Virus record (IMG/VR): IMGVR_UViG_3300025520_000003
Coordinates: 1-42,711 of that record
DNA from: a virus
Reading direction: 5' to 3' (one strand)
Length of the DNA: 42,711 bases
Each line of letters opens with the position of its first letter. The stretch's first letter is position 1. The position numbers and the translations under genes are program-made. Positions 32,702-41,700 of the stretch are shown piece by piece. The notes under the pieces were generated by a model. That model did no database searches. It saw only the letters and a program-made list of their open reading frames with translations, and was not told the DNA's origin.

Positions 32702-32909
32702 CACCTACGGTCTCAAGAAGTACCTCGATGGCACTGCTTGGAAGCACAATAACAATGACTACTCAGACCTGCTGCGTATGCTCAAAGAGAATAAGAAAGA
32801 CCCTAAGCGGTTTCCTATTATGGAAATCGGCAGGCACTTCAACGTAGACCGCCGCACCGTTACCAACTGGCTAGAATTACTTAAAAAGGAGAACCCTAAT
32901 GCCCGATAA
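32679..32909 (+). CDS. helix-turn-helix DNA-binding protein
   Basis: 76 aa with an HTH segment (IMEIGRHFNVDRRTVTNWL) and a GGAGGG SD. Confidence 0.6.
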   Translation: MTDKRSISTYGLKKYLDGTAWKHNNNDYSDLLRMLKENKKDPKRFPIMEIGRHFNVDRRTVTNWLELLKKENPNAR

Positions 32910-33864
32910 AAAACCGCCTGTCGATGTATTTGAATACACCAACAAGCTCGATAGCGTAAAGAAAGAGCTGCACGTTGAACTGTTCCTGTTTAATAAGAAC
33001 TTCACCCCATATGCTACTCGCATTTCAGACGTAGTGTCAGAGCAAATTAAAACCCTCTTTGTATCTGAGTTCATTAATGAAATTCAGATTGGCGCTGGTA
33101 CTGGTTTGAGCGTCCGTGACATTGACTTTCAGAGCGACAATACGAATGTATTGGTGCGTGAAGATTTATCCAAAGTCCATCATGCAAATAACCTTGTTCA
33201 CTTTATCGAGAATGACCGTGACGACATCGTTTACTTCTCAGAAGCCGAACATGAGTTTAGGCGCATGAAAGGACTTATGGTGCGTGTTACACATGCAACC
33301 GACCGAGACCTCAAGTTTTATGTTGTACGCATGCTAGAAGCGTCAAAGGTGGTCACAGAGAATGGTTGGCAAGTGGCCGATGATTTGATTGACGTACTTC
33401 AGCCTCCAGTAGCTTTTAAGTTCCCGACCGACAACCAAACCGTCATCATCGGTGATGACATTTTCACCTTCAACCAAAGCAAGTTTGAGAAGACATTTAA
33501 CTACGATTACGTTCGTCTGATTCAGGCCGATAACAAGGCCAAGGATTTCGTAAAGAAGTTTAAGATTTCAGTTGCCAGCGATGTAGGCAACGACCTGGGT
33601 AACATCTTGAGAGAGAACACCAGCCTGCTCAACAAGTTCCTAAAGACCGACATCGAATTAATGAACCAAGAAACCGTTATCGAGCTGGCAGACACCATGC
33701 AGCTTGAGCTGATGACCGACGACCAAGGCGCAATTATCATCTTAGATAAGCAAGATTTGAGCGTCCTACTCGACATCATGAACGACAATTACTTCGAGAG
33801 TCCAGCAACGGGTAATCACTACGTCGCTAAAACTAAGAAAGCCATTGTGGTGGCGGAAGGGTAA
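32899..33864 (+). CDS. hypothetical protein, possibly DUF4868 (KwaB-like); unverified
   Basis: 321 aa. Only the size and general sequence character recall DUF4868. I can cite no diagnostic motif. Confidence 0.3.
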   Translation: MPDKKPPVDVFEYTNKLDSVKKELHVELFLFNKNFTPYATRISDVVSEQIKTLFVSEFINEIQIGAGTGLSVRDIDFQSDNTNVLVREDLSKVHHANNLVHFIENDRDDIVYFSEAEHEFRRMKGLMVRVTHATDRDLKFYVVRMLEASKVVTENGWQVADDLIDVLQPPVAFKFPTDNQTVIIGDDIFTFNQSKFEKTFNYDYVRLIQADNKAKDFVKKFKISVASDVGNDLGNILRENTSLLNKFLKTDIELMNQETVIELADTMQLELMTDDQGAIIILDKQDLSVLLDIMNDNYFESPATGNHYVAKTKKAIVVAEG

Positions 33865-33865
33865 T

Positions 33866-34459
33866 ATGAACGACAAGCAATATCCACTATCCTGGCCTCC
33901 AGGCTGGAGACGGACAGATGAACCAGACAGTTCACGATTTGGTAATGTCTCTATCAGCCGAGAGTCTGATGAGGTTGTTCACCAGCTTGAGATGATGGGT
34001 GCAACCAACATCATCATCAGTAGCAACATGCGCTACCGTAATGATGGAATCCCGTATGCAAACCAGGGCTACATTGAAGATAAAGGCGTTGCAGTCTACT
34101 TTAACCTCAACGGTGAGCAGCAATGTATTCCCTGTGACAAGTGGAACAGCCTTGGAGATAATCTTCGTGCCATCAACAAGACGGTAGAGGCTCTCCGTGG
34201 CATTGAACGATGGGGCGCTAAGGAAATGGTCAACGCAGCCTTTAAGGGCTTCAGGGCGCTTCCTGAGACTATCATCATGGGTGAACACACCTCACGACTA
34301 TGGCATGATGTCCTGCAGGTATCGCCAACTGCCGACTACGACATCGTTCAGTCAGCGTACAAGCGCATGCTTCACAAGAGCCACCCCGACACTGGTGGTA
34401 GCGACTTCGCCTTCCAGGAGGTTCAGACAGCATGGAAGCAATACAAGGAGATGAATTAA
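33866..34459 (+). CDS. J-domain (DnaJ-like, HPD motif) protein with a novel N-terminal domain
   Basis: The C-terminus reads WHDVLQVSPTADYDIVQSAYKRMLHKSHPDTGGSDFAFQEVQTAWKQY. I prefer the start at MNDKQ (33866), which has a GGAAGGG SD. Confidence 0.75.
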   Translation: MNDKQYPLSWPPGWRRTDEPDSSRFGNVSISRESDEVVHQLEMMGATNIIISSNMRYRNDGIPYANQGYIEDKGVAVYFNLNGEQQCIPCDKWNSLGDNLRAINKTVEALRGIERWGAKEMVNAAFKGFRALPETIIMGEHTSRLWHDVLQVSPTADYDIVQSAYKRMLHKSHPDTGGSDFAFQEVQTAWKQYKEMN

Positions 34460-34753
34460 ATGTCTTTAGGAATATTCTTGTACATCGTATCAATGCTGCT
34501 GTTTGGTGCAGCAGTAATAACCCTGGTGAGGAACGAGGCAGTGATGACCTACCGAAAGGAGCTACTAGACAGGGTATCTGCTATGGCCTCTGATGACATC
34601 GCAAGAGGTTTTGAATGGAAGTGGCGCTATGAGGCATTTGAGTCGGTTAGCTACAACGAGATGGTCTATAAGGTATGGAAATCTTTGGATAGTTTCTATC
34701 CAGATATGTCCTTTATTAATCGACAGGAGGTTGCTGCAAAGATTGATAAATAG
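34460..34753 (+). CDS. hypothetical membrane-anchored protein
   Basis: 97 aa with an N-terminal TM helix (IFLYIVSMLLFGAAVITLV). Confidence 0.55.
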   Translation: MSLGIFLYIVSMLLFGAAVITLVRNEAVMTYRKELLDRVSAMASDDIARGFEWKWRYEAFESVSYNEMVYKVWKSLDSFYPDMSFINRQEVAAKIDK

Positions 34754-35024
34754 TAGCCTTGCACATTAATGCAACTTCAATTACATTAAGATTACAAATA
34801 ACTAAAAACAAAAAACAAAGGGTCAAAAAATGCAAAAAACAGCAAACCTTTTAGTGAAGATTGGTGACAGCATTCGTCTGTGGCCAACTGAACTATAAAT
34901 ATAAAACAATAAGCGGTATAATACCGCTATGAAGCCTGATTCTCTTTACGACGAAAAAGCCGCCGATAAAGAGGTCATCAGCAGCTTATTAAGACACATT
35001 AAGAAAATTACTAAGGAGAATCGC

Positions 35025-35339
35025 ATGCCATTATTTAAAGACGAGAACGGCTCAGTCAGCCGTGCAGTATCTTATGAACCAGTTAGCCGTGAAGAACTCG
35101 TTGCCAACTTTGAAAAAGCACAACGTGAACTGAACGAATATGATTCATTGAACAGCGCCCCTGAAGTTAAGACCGACGAACAGTCAGCTCCAGAAGTTGA
35201 AGTGAGCGCTCAAGAAGATTCAGTTCCAATTGAGCCAGCTGTCATCGACAATCAAGCTCAAGTGATTGAACAACCGATTGCTCAACCAGTCGAAACTGAA
35301 GTCACACCAGAAGCACCTGCTCCAGTCACTATCGCTTAA
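35025..35339 (+). CDS. hypothetical acidic Pro/Glu-rich protein
   Basis: I prefer the start at MPLFK (35025), which has an AAGGAG SD. The ORF track starts at 34929, where no SD is present. Confidence 0.5.
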   Translation: MPLFKDENGSVSRAVSYEPVSREELVANFEKAQRELNEYDSLNSAPEVKTDEQSAPEVEVSAQEDSVPIEPAVIDNQAQVIEQPIAQPVETEVTPEAPAPVTIA

Positions 35340-35371
35340 TTAACAATCGAGAAAAATAAACATGCAGCACG

Positions 35372-35426
35372 AAACCCCTTCATGGCAGGAATTTTTACTA
35401 TCATTCCTTGTTGTGGGGGTTTTTTT
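35372..35426 (+). terminator. nested-hairpin rho-independent terminator closing the plus-strand module
   Basis: The outer stem pairs AAACCCC with GGGGTTT. The inner stem pairs AGGAAT with ATTCCT. A T7 run follows. Confidence 0.65.
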
Positions 35427-35488
35427 GCGTGGCATAATCATTCCCTGGCTGGGTAAAATGACGGTCAATATCCTCAAGGAAGCCTTTA

Positions 35489-36049
35489 TTAAAACTGAGG
35501 AGGAATTTGCTCTTTGGGTTCACTTTCACGAGAAGGGGAAAAAGAGTCATCGGAGAGGAAAGCGAACTCTTGATTGAGCGTACCGAAATAGCCATCAATT
35601 AACTTGATGGCATTTTCATATCCAATAGCGAATCGGGCTAGGTAGCCTTCTTTGTTGTAGCGCTCCAGCATGGCTGCTTGGTCAGCCAAGTGGTCTCCCT
35701 TCTTAATAAATATCTTTCCACCAGACTTGTACTTACGTGTGTAGGGCTGCTTCCTAAGCTCTCCGTTGCGCTTATAGATAACAGTGCCTTCTTTCTTCAG
35801 CTCAATTCGTAAGCCGTGATAGCCGTGTCGTGCGGCGTCAATCATAATATCAGGCTGGCCATCGTGACTTCGCATGGCCATCATACGCATGCGCTGTCCA
35901 TTCGTTAGGTTGAGTCCTGCCGCATAATCCGACACAAATATAACATGAGGGTAGTTCTTACGAATGTAATTACTTACCCTCAGTTGTATATTTTCCTCAG
36001 TACGCTTTTTATGAGGCTTGAAGTTGGTTGGTGCAAAGATAGCACCCAT
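35489..36049 (-). CDS. VRR-NUC domain nuclease
   Basis: 186 aa containing GQPDIMIDAARHGYHGLRIELKKEG, then DQAAMLERYNKEGYLARFAIGYENAIKLIDGYF (PD-(D/E)xK of the VRR-NUC type). Confidence 0.65.
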   Translation of the reverse strand: MGAIFAPTNFKPHKKRTEENIQLRVSNYIRKNYPHVIFVSDYAAGLNLTNGQRMRMMAMRSHDGQPDIMIDAARHGYHGLRIELKKEGTVIYKRNGELRKQPYTRKYKSGGKIFIKKGDHLADQAAMLERYNKEGYLARFAIGYENAIKLIDGYFGTLNQEFAFLSDDSFSPSRESEPKEQIPPQF

Positions 36050-36055
36050 GATATA

Positions 36056-36505
36056 TTACCCCTCGAATTCGTCAGCGATTGGAAGTTGCTTAGGAGTATC
36101 AACGACTGGTTCAGCGACAACCGCAGGGGTTGCGACCGTTCCTAGCTTCTTAGCTTCTTGGAAATCCTTGACCTCACCTAAAAAGCTCGTAGCAGGTTGA
36201 ACTGCGAAGCGATACAGAATAGTCGATATACCGAGGGTCACAGTAGTATATTGACCAAGTAGGTTTGGGTCGTTAGTAGCACTCAAAACGAATACTTCCA
36301 GGCCAGCTGCGGCAAACGAGAAGATGGTTGCCAGCGTCAAGATAACCTTTGGGCTAGAGAGCTGGAACTTCTTTTTGATACCCTGGAGGATTACTGATAC
36401 ACCAAGAGATGAGGCTAGTAATGCCCAAACGGTTGGTGGCACTTGAGATGGCAAAGCGACCAACCACGTGAGTACGTCGAGAACTGAGTTTAAAATTTCT
36501 AACAT
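36056..36505 (-). CDS. holin (multi-TM)
   Basis: 149 aa with three or four hydrophobic helices and a charged C-terminal tail. It lies directly downstream of the endolysin gene. Confidence 0.65.
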   Translation of the reverse strand: MLEILNSVLDVLTWLVALPSQVPPTVWALLASSLGVSVILQGIKKKFQLSSPKVILTLATIFSFAAAGLEVFVLSATNDPNLLGQYTTVTLGISTILYRFAVQPATSFLGEVKDFQEAKKLGTVATPAVVAEPVVDTPKQLPIADEFEG

Positions 36506-36508
36506 TTT

Positions 36509-37912
36509 TTATTCCTTTGTTTTTTTGCCGAGAGTGCTGAACCAGCCAGTTACTAATGCGACAAATTTAATTAGTTTTTCTTTTAAGGTAAGGTTGGCGA
36601 CAATATCATCAATGTCCAGGTCGAACACATCGTCGGTGTCCAGCAAGGTATCAATTGATTGAGTCTTGAACGGAATACCATACCACCAGCCATTTTCAAC
36701 GCTGCGCTGGGTACGATAGTATTTTACCCCGTCTTTTTCAAACTGACCAGCCACGTGAACAGTTTGTCCCTGTCGGAGTGCAATATCTTGCTTCTCACCA
36801 GAGATGTCTTTAATCACTGAGTCAAGGCGAGCTACGAACTCATTAGGAGCGGCCGTGTATGACTCTTTCCATTTGTTTGGGTCTGGTGGCGTGACCTTAA
36901 CAGGGATAGATACAGAACCGTCGTCCTGTTCGACAGGAGGTTCGGGTGTATCAGAAACAGGAGTTTCTGTGACAGGTTGTGGTTCTTGTATCACTGGTGT
37001 TATAGGTTCAGCTGGCTTGACTGACTCAGGTACGGGGACTGGAGCAGGTGAAAGGTCAACCGTGTTTACCCCGTAAGGGTGAGCAGGCGTACCATCAACA
37101 TCGGCATTACCGAAGCTGAAGTCGGTCATGAAGTAGACACCACCAAGAGGGTGTTTATACTTACCGACTGCAACAAATGGCTCACCTTTTTGCAGCGTCT
37201 TGACTTTAGCGACATTCAATTCTTCCCATGTCTTTTTAGACAAATCGAAGGCGTAGGTTGGGTCTTTATTAACAATGAGATTAATAGGGCCGTTCTCAAA
37301 GCGTGTGTAAGGGTTCTCCAGGGGCTTTGGGGCTGGAGTTGGTACTGGAGCAGGTTTTGGCGCTACAACGACTGGAGGGTTGTTTATATAGCCCACAATG
37401 GCGTCTCGTGCTTCCATGATACGTGCAGGACACTGGGTTGCAGTCAGAGATACCTCGTAGTGGCCATAGACGGCGGTTGCGCCATTAAGTTTTTGGTCTT
37501 GAGGTCGCCAGAAAGCAGCAATAACTTTACGGTCGCCATCACGAAGGGTGTCGTTTCGTGCGTCCATAAGATTCTCAATACCGATAGAAGTTTGGTTTAC
37601 TGGCCAGTTACCAGCGTGATAGGTAATCACATTCCATGGGTTGTCAACTAGCTTCACGAGTCGGAATCCTGCGGTACGTTCGGCGTCACTAGCGTCTGGT
37701 GTGCGGCTGTCTACTCGTTGACCAGCAAAGTGGGCCATCGCATAAGAGCGCTGGCCTGTGTACGGGTTGATGAGGCCATTCCAGTTGTTAGGGTTAGAGC
37801 CATATCCACGACTAAAACCGAGGTCGGAGAACCACTGAGCGAGCCAGGCTTTTGACTTTTCTTCCCACGTTGGCGTAACGGCGTGGTGGAGTAATAGCTT
37901 ATCCTTAGTCAT
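36509..37912 (-). CDS. endolysin: N-acetylmuramoyl-L-alanine amidase (Amidase_2/PGRP) plus two SH3-like wall-binding domains
   Basis: 467 aa. The N-terminal amidase carries HH...H...C zinc ligands. Two Pro-rich linkers separate two domains of about 90 aa (GWWYGIP). The C-terminal segment is hydrophobic (LIKFVALVTGWFSTLG). Confidence 0.8.
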   Translation of the reverse strand: MTKDKLLLHHAVTPTWEEKSKAWLAQWFSDLGFSRGYGSNPNNWNGLINPYTGQRSYAMAHFAGQRVDSRTPDASDAERTAGFRLVKLVDNPWNVITYHAGNWPVNQTSIGIENLMDARNDTLRDGDRKVIAAFWRPQDQKLNGATAVYGHYEVSLTATQCPARIMEARDAIVGYINNPPVVVAPKPAPVPTPAPKPLENPYTRFENGPINLIVNKDPTYAFDLSKKTWEELNVAKVKTLQKGEPFVAVGKYKHPLGGVYFMTDFSFGNADVDGTPAHPYGVNTVDLSPAPVPVPESVKPAEPITPVIQEPQPVTETPVSDTPEPPVEQDDGSVSIPVKVTPPDPNKWKESYTAAPNEFVARLDSVIKDISGEKQDIALRQGQTVHVAGQFEKDGVKYYRTQRSVENGWWYGIPFKTQSIDTLLDTDDVFDLDIDDIVANLTLKEKLIKFVALVTGWFSTLGKKTKE

Positions 37913-38103
37913 TATTCGCTTACCTCAAGTTTGCCAGGTAGGTTTTGCCAGACATCTTCTGGGACAACTCCAGGGCCAGAACCATCACCAGGTAGATTAA
38001 AGCTCTTTCCCTCTTGGGCTTGGGCAATAGTCTTCTCCTCGATTTCCAATTGATTTTGCTTTTGGATTTCCGCTACTTCTTCTGGTGTTGGTATGTACGC
38101 CAT
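37912..38103 (-). CDS. hypothetical protein
   Basis: 63-aa ORF with a TAATG overlap to the endolysin gene. Confidence 0.5.
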   Translation of the reverse strand: MAYIPTPEEVAEIQKQNQLEIEEKTIAQAQEGKSFNLPGDGSGPGVVPEDVWQNLPGKLEVSE

Positions 38104-38141
38104 CTCTGTTTTTACCTCTTATGCTTAAAGTTTAACATATA

Positions 38142-38738
38142 CTATGCAGTTCGCTTCCAAATGTAGGTGGTAATCGAAGGCTGAATGTTGGTGTGTGAAC
38201 CACCGCCACCGCTGTTAGCAGTAGTGAATGTGTGGTTGTGAGAGCCAGCAGAGCTAATCGCAAGGTCGCCCCATTCAAGTTGCTGACCAGAGCCGCCACT
38301 AAGGTAGGTGCGCTGATTGCCGCTTGGTGAAGTGGTTACTGCGTCTTGAGTCAGGCCGTGTGAGTGGCTGCCGTCTGTTGATGTTGTACCCGTGTGGTTG
38401 TGTGCTGGAATCTGAGCAGTCGTCAGAGTGACTGTTTCAGCACCGACCTCTGTTTCAACACCAGCAAATGTTCCAGCAGCAGCAACACCGACTATGGCAC
38501 GACCTTCAGCGAAAGCTTCCCATGTACCGAAGCCGAAAGTATCGTTTGGATTTTCGCTATCGACAGTTAAGTAAAGTGAGCCGATTGGATACACGAATGG
38601 CAAGACGAGGCTCTGAAAGAGACCTGCAAGGTTGAGCCATTTTAGCTTTTTTGTTACGCCAGTTGTGATGTCCACCGTGACGGTAAAATCGTCTGTCGAT
38701 GGTGAGGTATCTTCTGGTAATCCTGTTATTTTTCCCAC
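38142..38738 (-). CDS. tail fibre / receptor-binding tip protein with HxH metal-binding repeats (tail-collar-like)
   Basis: 198 aa with a GTG start. It contains the motifs AHNHTG, SHSHG, SHNHTF and GGGSHTNIQPSITTYIWKRTA. Confidence 0.6.
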   Translation of the reverse strand: MGKITGLPEDTSPSTDDFTVTVDITTGVTKKLKWLNLAGLFQSLVLPFVYPIGSLYLTVDSENPNDTFGFGTWEAFAEGRAIVGVAAAGTFAGVETEVGAETVTLTTAQIPAHNHTGTTSTDGSHSHGLTQDAVTTSPSGNQRTYLSGGSGQQLEWGDLAISSAGSHNHTFTTANSGGGGSHTNIQPSITTYIWKRTA

Positions 38739-38761
38739 TGTGTATTTCCTTTTCCCTAATT

Positions 38762-41700
38762 CTAGCTTGGTGAAGCTGGGTTAGCAATGGTCTGGAGATT
38801 TTGAACGTCTCGAACCGTCTGCTCAATTGATTTATTAATTTGTGGAGGCAGCGCACCAAGAAGCAACGTCGCTTTTTGTGGCCGATACTCTAGTCGAACA
38901 ATCTGAAGAACGAGCGAGTCAACAAATGAGCCGAAGCCCTGGAATCCCACGGTCATACCTGGCTTCAGAAGTGTAATGTCCATCATGCCATCTACCAACT
39001 CAAGGATTGTTTGGAACTGCTCATCTTTGTTCTCGTCAATGTAGCTATTTCCAATTGCGTCTGCGGTTGCGTCAAGTGTCACTCGACCATCGCTTTTGAT
39101 ACCAACCCGACGACCATAGAAGCTGATACTCGTTGGGTCATCGTAGGTTTTATATAGGTTAAATCCAGAGCCGTCATCGCCACCTGAGAAGTAAAGTGAG
39201 TTGCTTAGGTTCTCGATAGTTGCGACAACTCGTAACGAGTTAATCTCAGCACCCTTGGTCACGTAAATATCTGGAGTCGTTGAGCGCTCCTTGAAGAAGA
39301 ACTCACTGTCACCTACATCAACGTAGTAATAGAAGTCAGACGGAGCAAGGTCTAGGATTGTACGCATACCATCACTCACCCTTTGGGTGTTGAAGGTGTA
39401 TGGAACTGATAGTCCCGTTGCGTCAATAGACGTTAGGCTGTATGTAATCCGTCCACCCTGGGCATTGTAAGTATCAAGAATAGTAACAGCCATGTCTACG
39501 GTTGGGTCTTGGCTGGCGAAAATAGCGGTGGTCTCACCAGCGTTTCGGTAAGTACGGAAGTAAAGGTCACTATCAGGAATAGCCCCAATCGGAGTAATAA
39601 TCCAGTTGGTGCTTCCGCCGCCGCCACCGAATGACGATACATACATTGAGCCATCTGCGTATATATTCGTGTCCTCGTAGTGAATCTTGATTGACTGGCC
39701 AGAAGCAACCGAGGCGGCAAAGAAATATGTTGCACCTGGTGTGGTTGTAATAGGAGTAGAGAAAGCCATCTGAACAACCTCTGGGCCAGTTGTATCTACT
39801 GCAACGGTTGTTACGCCGATTGGAGTGCCAGAGGTAGGGTTTGTTGGAACTGAGCTATATACCTTAACGGTTACATCGGCTTGGCCGTCTAACATAAGGT
39901 CGATTGCTCCAAGGTTTGTTACTGAAGCCCCAACCTCCCAGGTCTGACCAAACTGACTGTATGTACCAGTTCCACCGATGTTGTTTTGTATGACTGTATT
40001 GGCGGTCTGTGTAGTCTGAGAGACGTCATTAACATAAGGTGAGCCAGTGACGAGATAGTTGTTCATGTCCTGACCTTCAGAATAGGCGTAAAGTCTTATG
40101 CCTTCTTTGCCAGTACCGAATTCAGCTTCCCATCTTTCGACCGTACCAATAAACATACGCTTGCCATTAGGGTGATACTTACTGTATTCCCAGACCTCTA
40201 GGCGATTGGCGTTACGAATAAGAGTCTCAGTGGACACACCGACACCAACAAGGTTGACCGCACCTTCAGTCGTAAGGTCTTCGTCATCTTCTGTCTGGAG
40301 TACATCACCATCTTCTTCAAGAAGGGTGTCTGTGGCCGCAAGGTTACTCGTATCGGCTGACACACCAACCTCGACGGCAATCTGCGTTCCGAGGGTATTC
40401 ATATCTTGACTAAAACCGAATTCAGATGTGACATTTGGAAGAAGGCCAAGGTATTGGCCACCAGCAAACATTTTGTATAGGTGAGTTTTTTGAATATCAC
40501 CAGTCTCGACAATCCAGGCTGAAGCGGTTTGAGTAAGCTCGCCTGAACCTGCAATAACCGCTGCGGCAGGCTGAGTTTTAGTAGGATTGGTGGCAACGTG
40601 TCCGATAGCAGGCTGCGTCTTTGTGACATCGTTTGCGATTTGAGCCGTAGCAGGCTGCGTTTTAGTAAGTGTGACAGGGAGTACATTTAAGTTATCGAAA
40701 GTAACTGTCGTGGTTGTTGCTTCGGCAGCGTAAGTTCCAGCGGAGATTTCCACAAGAAGCTGACCGACATGAATTGGGTTAGTTGCGCTGTGAAGCGTAG
40801 ACCAAGAAGTTCCGTTGGCTGATGTTTCCCAATACGTTGTACCGCCAGACTCTCTGATTTGTAGCCAGCGGTGGTTTGTAGAGTTATAGGTCGTAGTTGC
40901 AAGTTGCGTACTAACACCATTTACTCTCCGATATGCAATTAATGCCCCTCCAGCAATCAAAAAGAATATTGAGTTGGTGTTGCCAGACTGGTATAGGTTG
41001 AGTGGGTACACTTCGAGTGAAACGAGCGACTGATTTCCAGCACTCACAACCTCTACGTTTACAGAAGCGCTGGTTAAGTCGTAGTAGAGTTTAGAGGTGA
41101 GACCTCTATAAATACCACCAAGCGTTGTAGTGATGTCTAGTTTATTGCTTGCCTCTGACGGTGAATTAAATGCTGTCCACTTAGCGACGTCTATCGAGTT
41201 ATCATCAAAATTATCTGAGATATTTTCAATGGAAGAACTGTAATTAATCGAATCCCAATAGCTAGTGATATTAGAGGGAGATTGCGTTCTCAGTGAAGGA
41301 TACATTCCTTCTGGTCGAATTGCTAAACCACTTGAAGCAGTTGAAGCCAAAGCAGTCCATGTCATATTATCAGGTGAACTATCCCAGAATATCGTACCGC
41401 CCGATTCACGGATTCTTAGATAGCCAGTGTAGGTAGTGCCTATTGACGTCGTGCTGTAATGTGTGGTCTTTGTACCTGCTACGTTGTAGGAAACGGCCGC
41501 AAGTGTTCTTGTAGAGCCAGACCTTGTTATCTCCCACGCAATGTACTGACCAGCAACCGATGTGGTCGGATAGCTACGCAACGCAAATATATGATTAACA
41601 GTTGTTCCAACGCTTACATCGGCAGAAACATATGTGCTGAGAGATGAGCCAATTAAGGAATATGGGTGGTCGGAAGATATGATTCCTTCGCCATCTGCTA

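Noticed and set aside
34830-34898. 22-aa micro-ORF (MQKTANLLVKIGDSIRLWPTEL) in the A-rich intergenic region
   Set aside because: It is too short and only a weak AAAGGG motif lies upstream. Without expression or conservation data there is no support for it.
35362-35577. ORF-track 71-aa plus-strand ORF after the last plus-strand gene
   Set aside because: It spans the nested terminator hairpin and its T-run. It also overlaps the 3' end of the convergent VRR-NUC gene, and it has no SD.
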